A DNA stretch of 64,000 bases from a virus. Lineage: Duplodnaviria > Caudoviricetes. The stretch's first letter is position 1. Each line of letters begins with the position of its first letter. Below the pieces are notes generated by a model. That model was not told where the DNA came from. It worked only from the letters and a program-made list of their open reading frames with translations, and ran no database searches. The stretch lies in IMG/VR virus record IMGVR_UViG_3300033075_001021; one strand, given 5' to 3'. A program made the position numbers and the translations under genes. Shown here in pieces: positions 36,743 through 47,987 of this stretch.

Positions 36743-39409
36743 TTAATATGAATTTATGGCATTTGATTGAATCACTACAGGAACCGTTTCGCTATACGCA
36801 ATACTTTGAATTGGGTCCCCACAAATAGACTCGTAATTTTTAGTGTTTTTTACCCTATAATACAATTTTGTTCCCACATCTCCAGTTATCGTCAAAATAC
36901 CACCATAACTTGTTACATTTATTTCATATGGTACAACACTTGATACTGTAAAACTTGAGAAGTTAACATCAGAACTTAACTGAAGGCTAAATTCACCATT
37001 TTTTAAGGCTGGCCCATTCTCAATATACCATCCAATGTAATTGTTTGATTGAGTAATTCCATTAATTACGATGGTTTTTGGGTAAAAAATAATATTTATG
37101 ATGTCACCAACCATTAATGAACCAGTCAAAATAATTCTATTTGGGTTAGATGTTGATTGATAGTAGTCGATACCATCAGCCAATGTTACACCATTTAAAA
37201 TAACCATGATTTTGGTCAATCTTAATGGTTCATTGGTGGTATAAACCTCGTATTTTCCCGTCGTTGTGTTATAAAAATATTTACTACTTCCTTGTGTATC
37301 GGTGGCACCACTTGGTATAGCGGTATCAATCAATATCGTGTTAGATATTAACTTTGTTGATGTTGTTCTTGTATAATATATTGTTATTATGTCCTCATTA
37401 GCCACCGTTCCAATGAATGTAAGAACCCGTCCACTCAATGTATAGTCAATATCTTTTGCAAGTGTTAGACCATTAAGTGTAACTAATACATCACCCACAT
37501 ATTCATTTGTCAAAACAAATGTACTACCTGTTCTTTCATATAATTCTGGAGTTTCTGATTCAGCTGGTATATTACCTTCTTGTGAAAAATCTACAAGAAT
37601 CACTTGTTGATATATACTAACAGGGGAATATGTTGCTTCATCACTACCACTACCAGTAAATTCTGGTTTTTCGGCTTCTCTAATTGCAACAAAATAGTAG
37701 TCCAACTCTGGAACATAAGTGCCATAAATTTCACCTGTTTTATATACACTAGTATCAAACTTCTTACCCAATCTCCTCATGAAATCTGTACACGCTTCGG
37801 TTTCAAAATAGCCCTTCACAATGTAATCACCATCAAGACCTAAACTATCTGTTGGAATTGCAACATTAATTTCATTTGTTGCACTAAAACTTGAATATGG
37901 GAACAGTTCACTTTTATATACCGCTGGAAGTTTAAATACACGGCTTTTTGGGAGGTATCTATAAACTTCATACTTAAATGATGTGTTTTCATCAAATGTA
38001 TTGGTGTTACCAGTAAAATTAAATGTAAACGGAATTGATGACTGGCTTTGGCTTAAAGTATAAACTCCTGTGCTAGTATTATCAATGTATGGGAATGTAT
38101 TATCACATACAACAACACAGTTATCTAAACAATCACTACATCCACTTGTAATACCTGTTGTTATTATTTCTAAGCATCTATATGGTACTGAACACGTATC
38201 TAATGCATATCCTGATGGACATAAGTATCCAAATGTTTCACCCAATTGCCAATCTAATCCAACAAATTCTTTTGTTGAAAAAATCAAACCAGTTTGACCA
38301 GTTGTTGTAGCGGCTGTTAATGCAGCATAGCTTGATGGGAAATAAACTTCCGCACCAAATGCTGATGCTGAACCAGTATTTATTCCTTCCATCTCAATGA
38401 TGTTAAAACCAGAATTAAATTGTACTGGAAATACGCTCCACTTTCTAAAATTGTCTGGTGAACTACCAGTAAAATTAATTATTAGGTCACCATTTATTTT
38501 AACCCTAGCATTGTTATCAGCTGCAACACCAACATAATATGTTCCAGCTGAGATAATATCAATACACTTAGAAAATCCAAGCCATTGAGCCGTATCAGCG
38601 CTAAGTCCGACATTGTTTAGTCGCCCAGCGGTTGTTGTTCCGCTAGGGTTACCCCAAAATGTGTTTCCAGTTGAAACAATGTTTAATGGTGATATTACAG
38701 TACCTAATTGGTCAACTAAATCTTGAAAATCGCCTACATAATATACTGGTAAATTTGAATTACTTTGTATATTTGGGTAAAAATACGTTCCATATGCAGA
38801 ATATGCTGTATTGGTATTTCCTGAAATTATTGGTAAACCAGTGCCAGAAAATGTTGCACCAGTAACATTTATTTCTTGACAAGCATCGTTTGCTGGTGTT
38901 GCACTAAATCCAATAGGGCAACCATATGGTTTTGAATAAATTGAAACACAAATGTCAAGCTCTAGTTCTTTTACACCATAAGGTTTAAATATTGTAAATG
39001 TTGACCCGCTTCTTGAGTATGTGTAACCTAAATCACGTAAGTTTAATGTTATTGAATTCAATAAGTCTGCTTGTGTTGGGTTATCATTTAAAGTTGTTGT
39101 TGTGTAAAAATTATTGGTTGATACCAATTCGGTGTCAGCATAGAATTTTGTTTCCCATGTTGTTGCACTATAACAATTTGTAAATGCTGTGGTGTAACAA
39201 GTTGCGGTTACAGCTGAGAAAATAGCATCTAATGAGATATCGCTAGGGTCACATTCAACGCTATCACATTGTACCTTTGTAGCACCACTTAAATCAAATG
39301 TTGGTGACTTAAAAATACAAATATCTGAACTCATGTTTACATTCAGGATATCTTTATTTCTAACCCCACGATTATCATTTTGTATGTATATTCTTTCTTG
39401 GTATCTCAT
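36743..39409 (-). CDS. Large Cys/Thr-rich virion protein with a PA14-like module
   Basis: Thr/Ser-rich with many Cys; YYVGVAADNNARVKING; repeated V.LNG.TLA...DY motifs. Confidence 0.6.
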   Translation of the reverse strand: MRYQERIYIQNDNRGVRNKDILNVNMSSDICIFKSPTFDLSGATKVQCDSVECDPSDISLDAIFSAVTATCYTTAFTNCYSATTWETKFYADTELVSTNNFYTTTTLNDNPTQADLLNSITLNLRDLGYTYSRSGSTFTIFKPYGVKELELDICVSIYSKPYGCPIGFSATPANDACQEINVTGATFSGTGLPIISGNTNTAYSAYGTYFYPNIQSNSNLPVYYVGDFQDLVDQLGTVISPLNIVSTGNTFWGNPSGTTTAGRLNNVGLSADTAQWLGFSKCIDIISAGTYYVGVAADNNARVKINGDLIINFTGSSPDNFRKWSVFPVQFNSGFNIIEMEGINTGSASAFGAEVYFPSSYAALTAATTTGQTGLIFSTKEFVGLDWQLGETFGYLCPSGYALDTCSVPYRCLEIITTGITSGCSDCLDNCVVVCDNTFPYIDNTSTGVYTLSQSQSSIPFTFNFTGNTNTFDENTSFKYEVYRYLPKSRVFKLPAVYKSELFPYSSFSATNEINVAIPTDSLGLDGDYIVKGYFETEACTDFMRRLGKKFDTSVYKTGEIYGTYVPELDYYFVAIREAEKPEFTGSGSDEATYSPVSIYQQVILVDFSQEGNIPAESETPELYERTGSTFVLTNEYVGDVLVTLNGLTLAKDIDYTLSGRVLTFIGTVANEDIITIYYTRTTSTKLISNTILIDTAIPSGATDTQGSSKYFYNTTTGKYEVYTTNEPLRLTKIMVILNGVTLADGIDYYQSTSNPNRIILTGSLMVGDIINIIFYPKTIVINGITQSNNYIGWYIENGPALKNGEFSLQLSSDVNFSSFTVSSVVPYEINVTSYGGILTITGDVGTKLYYRVKNTKNYESICGDPIQSIAYSETVPVVIQSNAINSY

Positions 39410-39651
39410 TAGTATGATATTTCTAGTGTTATTGTTGGTAAGTTATACTGATTTTTAAGACCAAACGCTAGCGGTTTTTGTAATATTTGTACATAATCAA
39501 CTTGTGTGAAATTTTGCAAATACGCAGTAAACCCATCCATGTTGATGTAGTCTTCGAACTGTATTTGACCAGACACCGTACCCAAAAGGGTAACACTCCC
39601 CGTAAAATTGTCTAAGATACTACCTGTAATATTTTTAACTAGTTTTGGCAT
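39409..39651 (-). CDS. Hypothetical protein
   Basis: 80-aa ORF coupled to the downstream gene. Confidence 0.6.
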   Translation of the reverse strand: MPKLVKNITGSILDNFTGSVTLLGTVSGQIQFEDYINMDGFTAYLQNFTQVDYVQILQKPLAFGLKNQYNLPTITLEISY

Positions 39652-39675
39652 ATACTATATAATTATTTTGTTTCT

Positions 39676-42600
39676 TTAAAACGATTTAATTGAAATACTC
39701 GCTGTCGCTGTACAACAACCATCAGTTACAGTAACGGTATAAAGACCATTTACTGTAGCCGTAACTGATGATGAACTTGATTCTTCAGTTGGTGTTACCC
39801 ATACATACGTTACATTTCCAGTATAATTTGACGCCACGGCCAATAATGTTCCATCAATAGGTATATTATCTTGTATTTCAACAGTCAACTCACATGCTGA
39901 AATATCATCATCAGAACATGGTGAACTGTTTTTACCAATAACTTTTACCGTACCAATAAACTCAGAACCACTATTCATTTGTGTCAAATATGTCATGCTA
40001 TATGTTTGTTGGTTAAACTGTGGAAGAGTATTTGTATCGCCGCTAATTACACTTGTTACAATCTCAACATCACATGTTGCTCCAGTTGCTGGGCTTAACA
40101 CTTGTAAAAATACTGGTGTACCAAAGAAACTTGTGTAAGCTTTATACTTATGTTTTTGCTCATCAAACATTGTGTTTGTATAGATTCTTGTGGACCCCCA
40201 AATTGTAGTTGCTGGAATCACTTGTTCAATCAAGTCAACCCAATAATTACCAATCAAGTTTCCAAATTTTTCCATACTGTAATAATCAAAAGCCGCACTC
40301 TTTGTATTACAAAACGCCAAACTGTTCATATACCTATCATATAATAATCTAAGTGTTGCATATGTTGAAATTGTCTTTCTATTTTTAGCATCAATTAATT
40401 GTGATGTTGTATAATATTGAAAGTCTTCTATTGTTGTCACAGCACTTAGCGGTTGTGTAAATAATCTTTCTATATCAATATTAGCATCACCACAATATTC
40501 ACTACAACAGTAAGTTTTAGGTGAGCATGTATTTGGTGCGGTGATACCTGTAACCGTTCCGCTTATTGTTATTGCACTAAGAATTGGGCACGTAGTTGCT
40601 GATGTAATCGTAAATGCACTAACCGTATCTGGTATCTCAATTACATTAACATTAATTGGTTGTTTTTGAATTCTGACACAACTTGGTGTTCCACAATTAC
40701 TAAATACAAAACCAGCTGGGCATGAGTATCCAATTCCGTCACCTGTGTCAAATCTAGTTCCAACTCTTTGTGTTGTTGAAAACAATACATTTGCTTCAGT
40801 TAAACCCGTTGATGTCGCCCCTGTTAATGTTGCAAAATCTATTGGGTAATAAACTTCTGCCGCAAAAGCAGAATCAACGCCAGCATCAAGACCCTGCATT
40901 TCGATAATGTTTACCCCAGAATTAAATTGTACTGGGAATACACTCCATTTTCTAAAATTTTCTACTAAATTTTGATTAAAATTGGCTACTAAAACACCAT
41001 TTACAAAAAATCTTGCTTGGTTGTCAGCTGCAATACCTAGATAATATGTACCACCAGAAACTATATCAATACATTGCGTAAATCCAGCCCACGTATCTCT
41101 TATTGCAAGAATACCAATATTATTTAACCTACCATTTGATGATGACCCCAGAGACGCCCAAAATGAATTTGAGTTATTTACTGCTATTGGTACCACAACA
41201 TTGCCTTGCCCATCGATTAATTGTCCATCACTTCTATATGTATATGGTAACACTGGGTTACCAGAACTTATATTTGTTACTTCAGGGTAGAAGTAAGCAC
41301 CTAACACAGAGTAATTTGCCCCGTTTTTATCACCATTGCTAATAATAGGACCAAGATTTGTTGGTGATGTCGCAGCTTGTGTAATTATTGACTGGCATTG
41401 GTCGTTAGCTGGTGTTGCACTAAATCCAATTGGACATGTATATGCTGTTACCGCTGGATATGAAGTGGTTATTGATGAAAAAACATCTACCGTACAAGCG
41501 GTATAAACAACTACTTGCTGTGTTTCTGATGTAATTGTTATCGAAACACCTGACGTTGTTTGGTATGCATCCTTAACACATGTTGTTGTACCAATTGTGG
41601 TACCTGTCAAAATACATGGATTATCTGAAATGTAGCACCAAATATCTGTTTCAACAGCAGATGCAATATCTATATCCAAATCAATTTCCTTTGTATTTAA
41701 AACCTGTCTTTCAGATTCAAGATAATAATCTGTATATCTAATTGGTTGTGTCCCGTCAGCTTTAGTTATTGAAAATTCCCTGTGGGTTGTTTCCGTAACC
41801 GTTACCCAAGATTTTTTATTGTCAATAATTCTATCAAGCTCAAATCCTGGTGATTTTGTAACAAATATATCATCCTTTAACTTTTTAGAGCATTTCTTAT
41901 TAAGTTTTATATTATCAACAAGAACACACATATCAATACAAAACCCACTAATTTTAATAGACAATTTAATCTTTTCGTCTGTAATACCAGATAAAATTGA
42001 TTCATCGGTTATTTCTGTTGTATATGTTAACCAATCTGATGCAAAGGCATTGAGTGGGATTGTTGGATGGGTCAATAAAATTTGTTCGGCAAATGTCGCA
42101 CAATTAGACCTAGGTACAAAAACATCATCACCCAAATCTAGTTCATTACAACCCTGAATTGAATCATTTACTTGGCAAATATAAAAACCTGTATTTCCGC
42201 TATTATCTTGTAGATATGATAGTAAGTTTCCGTTACCTATCGGTGGGAAGAATTCATCGCTAAAGACTGGTGTTGTTGTTACGCCATATGGTGTTACAAC
42301 AATTTTATCAATTGACATGCTAGCACCCAAACGTTCAAATACTGAATCTAATGTTGTACATGTTGAATCATATGTACCATTTATAAAACTAGATAATACA
42401 TCACAATCAAATTTGAATAAATAATCAAACTTAACTTCTAATGAACAAGATTCATCCACAACTTCTGAAAAAATTGCACCATCATTACCTTTTGGGTTTA
42501 ACACCAAATTAAATGGTAATGAGTAATCACACCCATCAATTACTTTACCATAAAAACATTTTTGTGAATTAACATCAAACGTACCGCCAATGTTTTCACA

Positions 42601-42723
42601 GCATGGTTTTGTTAAATGGTATGGAATTTCCACCCCAGTTAGTATTGAATACGCACTGATTGTACCATCTGGGTTATGGTAAATATGTAATTGGTCAGTA
42701 TTTAAACAAGTTGTGCCAGTCAT
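39676..42723 (-). CDS. Large Cys/Thr-rich virion protein with a PA14-like module
   Basis: Shares a ~240-aa module with 36743..39409; C-terminal Ig/SprB-like GLYTVTVTD. Confidence 0.6.
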   Translation of the reverse strand: MTGTTCLNTDQLHIYHNPDGTISAYSILTGVEIPYHLTKPCCENIGGTFDVNSQKCFYGKVIDGCDYSLPFNLVLNPKGNDGAIFSEVVDESCSLEVKFDYLFKFDCDVLSSFINGTYDSTCTTLDSVFERLGASMSIDKIVVTPYGVTTTPVFSDEFFPPIGNGNLLSYLQDNSGNTGFYICQVNDSIQGCNELDLGDDVFVPRSNCATFAEQILLTHPTIPLNAFASDWLTYTTEITDESILSGITDEKIKLSIKISGFCIDMCVLVDNIKLNKKCSKKLKDDIFVTKSPGFELDRIIDNKKSWVTVTETTHREFSITKADGTQPIRYTDYYLESERQVLNTKEIDLDIDIASAVETDIWCYISDNPCILTGTTIGTTTCVKDAYQTTSGVSITITSETQQVVVYTACTVDVFSSITTSYPAVTAYTCPIGFSATPANDQCQSIITQAATSPTNLGPIISNGDKNGANYSVLGAYFYPEVTNISSGNPVLPYTYRSDGQLIDGQGNVVVPIAVNNSNSFWASLGSSSNGRLNNIGILAIRDTWAGFTQCIDIVSGGTYYLGIAADNQARFFVNGVLVANFNQNLVENFRKWSVFPVQFNSGVNIIEMQGLDAGVDSAFAAEVYYPIDFATLTGATSTGLTEANVLFSTTQRVGTRFDTGDGIGYSCPAGFVFSNCGTPSCVRIQKQPINVNVIEIPDTVSAFTITSATTCPILSAITISGTVTGITAPNTCSPKTYCCSEYCGDANIDIERLFTQPLSAVTTIEDFQYYTTSQLIDAKNRKTISTYATLRLLYDRYMNSLAFCNTKSAAFDYYSMEKFGNLIGNYWVDLIEQVIPATTIWGSTRIYTNTMFDEQKHKYKAYTSFFGTPVFLQVLSPATGATCDVEIVTSVISGDTNTLPQFNQQTYSMTYLTQMNSGSEFIGTVKVIGKNSSPCSDDDISACELTVEIQDNIPIDGTLLAVASNYTGNVTYVWVTPTEESSSSSVTATVNGLYTVTVTDGCCTATASISIKSF

Positions 42724-42724
42724 T

Positions 42725-45700
42725 TTATCCTGTATAGTTAATTATTATGCTTCCATTGATACCTGTCCATGAAAGTATGCTATCACCTCCTGTAATCTGA
42801 ATGGTTGCAGCTATACCGTTACATGTTGCAGATGTTATTATTGCGCCTTGAACCAATAACGTTACATTCGCATTTACCGCTGGTAAATCGGGGTTAACAT
42901 TTGCAATATATGGTTGATATTGTCCATCATAAGGAACTGTAGCGTTTTGATTATTATTCCTAAACGTGAATCTTAATCCAGTTGATGCTAAATTCGGATT
43001 CGTACTTATCAGTGTATATGACGAACCAAGTGGTGGGTCAGATGTGTCTTCTGAAATATCTACCACTAAGTATAAATTCGTAGGTGCCCCAATTGGTGCA
43101 TATGTAAATTGACCAGTGAAATATGGTTGACCATATAGCGTCTGTTGTATAACTGTAAGCTGATTTAGCTGGCCAAAAACATTTTGCATAAATGTGTTGT
43201 TATCATACTCAACGTTACTTACCATGTAGTACATTCTATGTCCTAATGCTGGGTCAAAAGCTTTAGTTGCTTGTGATGACACCATTAAATTCTTAGGTGT
43301 TTCAATTCTAAGTATATCCCCAGTCATTGGTGACGGAACAGATACATAGCCATAATAAAACCCATCTGACAATATACTATTAGGTGTCGCCGATAATGGG
43401 AAGTTTACATTTACAAAATCACCACCAATATTAGAATTGTTTAGGTCACTGAAAGAAAAACTATTTAATCTTTCACCTACTTGTGAACCATTATTGATTA
43501 CAACACCAAATATTTTAGCTTGTACTGGTGGAACATAAACCGCACTACAACCAATCTGACCTTGTGACCTTTTAAGGTATGTTTGATATATTACGGAAGA
43601 TTGTAAATCAACATCAGTTTGACCAGATGTGGTTAGTTGACAAGCATATCCAACATCAGTTGTTGATGCTGAAATGTACACTGGTGTTGTATAGTTTGGT
43701 ATACAATGACAACCATCTTGTGATGTCAAAACCTTAGTTCCATTTTCTTTTTCAAATTGAAGGTAGTTAAACCCACTAAATGTCACCCACCTTGGTGTTG
43801 CAAGCTTCCATTTACATGTAACATAACAACCACACGTATTTAATTTAGAATTACAACAAATATATCCACTATTTTGTAAAATGAATGGGCTGGTATTTGT
43901 TCCATTTCCACTATATTGGTCATAATAGTATGGTATCATACCACTTTTGTTACAACATTCAATATCTACGAATTGTGACGTATAGTATACTGGGTTACCA
44001 CTAATAGTAAATATAGTTCCATTGTAATTGTATTGATAATACTGATACACCGAATACTGATATTCATCATTAAAGGTTGAACTCGCAATATCGGCACTAC
44101 AATCACTTGGTGAAGGTTCTTTTTTATCAACACAAATACTCATTGACCTAAGATTTTCTGGTATATCACAACCACAATCCGTTTCATCTTGTCTGTGTTT
44201 AGGGTCCTCAATTGTTGTTGCACTAACAACAAAACAATCGGAAAAATCAATTCCATCTTCAGTTGTAATATCAACATACGTATTACCACTATATTGGTTA
44301 AAAGTACCCAATTTATAGTTTGTAAATATATTTGTTAGTGTATTTGTTGATGTCGTTGACGTTACTGTTACAGCTGAAAAATCTGGTATAAGCTCCCTGA
44401 ACTGATTAATATACTTATAACCACCATCATATGGGCCAACGTGTGGATTGTTGCCAGTTGTTATGTCTATTGTTGACTCATCGCCACCAGTTTGTCTATA
44501 CCATAAACCATTATTTTGAAAATACATTGTTGGTGTATTAGGTAATGGTAGTGGATATCCATCGTTACCGATTGGGTATGTTGATATGTCTTGTGATAAA
44601 CCATTTAATGCTAAAACAGATTGGAATAAATCAATATCAATCTTGTTTTCGGCTAAATAGATGTACTCATTGAATTTGATTAACCCAAGTGGGGTTCCAA
44701 TAAATTTGAATAAGAATTCAATACTTTTTCTTGTTCCTTTAGACTTCCAAATCCATGGGGTATTTAAAATTATTCTTCTCCAAAGCTCAATATCCGCTTC
44801 AACAGCGGTGTAACCAACACTATGTCCTTCATAAGTTGATTTATTTGGTTGTATATAACTCTTTAATAAATTATTTTCAAGAACCGATGATATTAAATCC
44901 CAACCTAAAACTCTAGCCAAATTTTTAATATAAATGTCTGGCATATTATTGAGTTTATCGTAGCTAACAACATTGGCAAATTGAATACCCAGAATGTATT
45001 TGTTTAATTCGTCATATTCGGCACCATAAATCATCAGCGTTTTGTTCATCTTTTGGTCTGACGTGTCTTGGTCTTGTGGACTAAGGTGTACGGCAGTTGT
45101 GTCAAAATCGGTGATTGATTCGGTCACTAAAAACCTAACCATTAAATTACTAGTGGTTAAGTCATAGTTGGTTGTCAACTCTAAAAGTCTACTAGCAAAT
45201 GCATCGTATTCGTCTGTATCAAAATCAATATTATAACCATCTGTCGCTGGCCATGTTAATGTCTCAGTTATATAGATGATTCCACCGCTATCAGCTTGCT
45301 CTGTAAATTTAAAGGTTGATGTATATTTTGGTGTTGAGAATCGGTTTAATAGGTAATACTCAAACTCTGGTAATGAATTAAAGAATAAATTCTCCTTATC
45401 AGCATTTGGTTTTACATAATATGTCAAATAAGCATTTGTTGTACTAGAAAATGCATCCCCCTTAACCTTAAAGTACATATAATCATTAAGCGTTGTTGTT
45501 GAGCCAGTAAAGCCTAAAACACCATATTCTGACCCATTAACAAGAATGGCATAAGATTGATAATTAAGGTTTAAATTTCTTAATGTGTTGTCTTGGGCAT
45601 CAACACTAATGTTTAATGTATTAATACCAAATCTATTAGTCACAACATTAGTATTTACTCTAAATGTTGCTTCATCGGTTAATGAATTGTAAGTATAATT

Positions 45701-46156
45701 TTCAAATGTGTATCCACTTTGTGTAATATACACTGGTGGTAACGCATAGATAGGGTTTACGTATAGCGCCGCTGGCCAATTTGTAATTATATCCTCAAGT
45801 GATACCCTTGTGAATTCCTTTAATGAACCAAACAATGAATAATACATCAAGTTTGATTTATCAAGATTTAAGAATACACCGTCATTGTTTCTTAAAAGGC
45901 TAAACGCACTTTCAAGAGTAAGGTCTAAATCTGTAAGTGTAACAAAATTTGAAAAACGATGGGTTACAAACCTTTTGTCCTTTTTAGGGTCAAAATTTGT
46001 TGTAACAGCAAAGTTACCCATTGTAAACAACGGGGTACCGCCATCACTAGCTAGTTGTACTCCAACTAAGTCTGGTGAAAAGTTTCTATACTCAATTTGG
46101 TCATTGTAGAATGTTTTTTGAGCATAACCAGCAACCTTTATCCTATTATTACTCAT
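42725..46156 (-). CDS. Baseplate/tail protein with a P2 gpI-like motif
   Basis: LARVLGW...WIWKSKGTRKSIEFL. Confidence 0.6.
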   Translation of the reverse strand: MSNNRIKVAGYAQKTFYNDQIEYRNFSPDLVGVQLASDGGTPLFTMGNFAVTTNFDPKKDKRFVTHRFSNFVTLTDLDLTLESAFSLLRNNDGVFLNLDKSNLMYYSLFGSLKEFTRVSLEDIITNWPAALYVNPIYALPPVYITQSGYTFENYTYNSLTDEATFRVNTNVVTNRFGINTLNISVDAQDNTLRNLNLNYQSYAILVNGSEYGVLGFTGSTTTLNDYMYFKVKGDAFSSTTNAYLTYYVKPNADKENLFFNSLPEFEYYLLNRFSTPKYTSTFKFTEQADSGGIIYITETLTWPATDGYNIDFDTDEYDAFASRLLELTTNYDLTTSNLMVRFLVTESITDFDTTAVHLSPQDQDTSDQKMNKTLMIYGAEYDELNKYILGIQFANVVSYDKLNNMPDIYIKNLARVLGWDLISSVLENNLLKSYIQPNKSTYEGHSVGYTAVEADIELWRRIILNTPWIWKSKGTRKSIEFLFKFIGTPLGLIKFNEYIYLAENKIDIDLFQSVLALNGLSQDISTYPIGNDGYPLPLPNTPTMYFQNNGLWYRQTGGDESTIDITTGNNPHVGPYDGGYKYINQFRELIPDFSAVTVTSTTSTNTLTNIFTNYKLGTFNQYSGNTYVDITTEDGIDFSDCFVVSATTIEDPKHRQDETDCGCDIPENLRSMSICVDKKEPSPSDCSADIASSTFNDEYQYSVYQYYQYNYNGTIFTISGNPVYYTSQFVDIECCNKSGMIPYYYDQYSGNGTNTSPFILQNSGYICCNSKLNTCGCYVTCKWKLATPRWVTFSGFNYLQFEKENGTKVLTSQDGCHCIPNYTTPVYISASTTDVGYACQLTTSGQTDVDLQSSVIYQTYLKRSQGQIGCSAVYVPPVQAKIFGVVINNGSQVGERLNSFSFSDLNNSNIGGDFVNVNFPLSATPNSILSDGFYYGYVSVPSPMTGDILRIETPKNLMVSSQATKAFDPALGHRMYYMVSNVEYDNNTFMQNVFGQLNQLTVIQQTLYGQPYFTGQFTYAPIGAPTNLYLVVDISEDTSDPPLGSSYTLISTNPNLASTGLRFTFRNNNQNATVPYDGQYQPYIANVNPDLPAVNANVTLLVQGAIITSATCNGIAATIQITGGDSILSWTGINGSIIINYTG

Positions 46157-46158
46157 TT

Positions 46159-47076
46159 TTAAACTGTTGTTACCGTATTAAAATTCTTTGAAAAATCAAT
46201 ATTATTTCTCTGTTCTCTAACTTCAAATAATGGTTTACCACTAAACCTATCTTTAATCTCATACAAATCATATTGCTTGTAAATTTGATTATTAAAGTTG
46301 TAGATAGTGTAAATACCATCATCAAGAGACTTACTTTGGTTGCCAAACAATGCGTAAGCTAATGTCTCAGTATTATGCTCAACCATTTCAACTTCAACCA
46401 TAATTGGATTAAAGAATGTGTTTGTTATTATAACATCTTGGTTTGGGTTTCCAATAAATGGAAACGTATTTGGTTGAACGTTTGAAGCCGAATTAGGTGA
46501 AACGGTACAAAAAACAAGTGTTGAGTTGTCATTAAATCGATATCTTATAGCCTTTTGATTCGAATTCGTAAGATTCTGGTTTACTGGTTCAGCCCTATTG
46601 TTTGATGTAACAACCCTAAAAATATTAGGTATTTTAGCATTTGGTAATGTTGGGTCTAAGAATTCTATTCTGTACCCAATCAAGCTGTTGTTTTCAAAAC
46701 GGTTTAAAAAATCAGATGGAATTGTGGCCAAATCAAATAAAACACCCTTAATATCTGGATAGGCTGAAAGCACACCAACGTCAACAATTTTAGTTCTTAT
46801 CTCAGCTGGCTTAATAATTATTGTATAAATTCCTTTAGCTGAAAATATGCTAACAGGTAATTTAAGGGTATACATTCCACCAAATAACTCAAAACCACTA
46901 ATATTGGATTGTGTTCTATTTGGATTATTCAATTTGATTAAAAGGTCTGATGGATTCGATAATTTTATCAAATCTGTGCTTAATTTATCCCTAGATGGGG
47001 TGTAGGTATAAAATATTTCTACATCATCTGGTGATACATCAGCTGGTCTTACTATACCGTATGTTCCTGTTGCCAT
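46159..47076 (-). CDS. Putative structural protein
   Basis: 305-aa ORF in the tail block. Confidence 0.6.
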   Translation of the reverse strand: MATGTYGIVRPADVSPDDVEIFYTYTPSRDKLSTDLIKLSNPSDLLIKLNNPNRTQSNISGFELFGGMYTLKLPVSIFSAKGIYTIIIKPAEIRTKIVDVGVLSAYPDIKGVLFDLATIPSDFLNRFENNSLIGYRIEFLDPTLPNAKIPNIFRVVTSNNRAEPVNQNLTNSNQKAIRYRFNDNSTLVFCTVSPNSASNVQPNTFPFIGNPNQDVIITNTFFNPIMVEVEMVEHNTETLAYALFGNQSKSLDDGIYTIYNFNNQIYKQYDLYEIKDRFSGKPLFEVREQRNNIDFSKNFNTVTTV

Positions 47077-47159
47077 ATTCCTTGTTTTTTTATTAAAAAT
47101 AGCCCTTTTACTGACTCTTCGTATTTTAATACCAAATATGAAGAAAGTAAAAAGGTTTG

Positions 47160-47987
47160 TTAGTATTTTGTCACATTAAAATAATTCTTTCCATATCTCT
47201 GCAATTCCTCCAAGCTCCTAACCTCAGAAAGCTTTAAATGACGTTCAAATACGGGTGTTATCCCCCTATCTATAAATACATCACTTTTAACTTCTGGTTT
47301 TGAAATTATTCCAAATAAATATTCTTCTTTTGTTATCGCCGATAAACTAATATTTGTCTGGTTCCAACCTTGACTTCTATATGTCAAGGTTGTAATACCA
47401 GTTCCGCTAAAATCTTTAAACAATAACCCGTCTGTTTGGCCAGATTGGCCTATATTTTGGTCATTTTTATCTGATGAAAAAACATAAACCATTGGGTCCC
47501 CAATCATGGTTACCCTACTTACACCATCAACCGTAGCACCACTAAAATTGACATATATCTCAGATTCAACGTCGAAATTTTGGATATACTTCTCGTTATC
47601 CTTGTAGGTTTTAACGTCTTCAATTCTAGAATCTGTTTGTCCTGTAATGATACCCCCAATTGAGTAAAAATCTGAAATCGTAGCACCAACATATCTAGTA
47701 TCCTTATCAATTGGTGTTATTGGTGGTGGTAAAATGCCAACCATAAATGGAAATGTAATACCACTAGCTTGTAATTTATTAATTAAGACCGTATAATTTA
47801 CTGGTGTTGACTGACCACTAAAATCTGGAAGATAAATTATATCCGTAAACATACCCATATCATCAACATTTTGTGTTAACATAACGTTGACGTAAAAAGA
47901 CGTTGCTGTTATTTGTCCATATGTTTGACTATAATCAGCCCTGTCTATGCTATCCTCTAATAATATCGTCCTTTTAATTAATTCCAT
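47160..47987 (-). CDS. Putative structural protein
   Basis: 275-aa ORF with a VFIDRG motif. Confidence 0.6.
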   Translation of the reverse strand: MELIKRTILLEDSIDRADYSQTYGQITATSFYVNVMLTQNVDDMGMFTDIIYLPDFSGQSTPVNYTVLINKLQASGITFPFMVGILPPPITPIDKDTRYVGATISDFYSIGGIITGQTDSRIEDVKTYKDNEKYIQNFDVESEIYVNFSGATVDGVSRVTMIGDPMVYVFSSDKNDQNIGQSGQTDGLLFKDFSGTGITTLTYRSQGWNQTNISLSAITKEEYLFGIISKPEVKSDVFIDRGITPVFERHLKLSEVRSLEELQRYGKNYFNVTKY

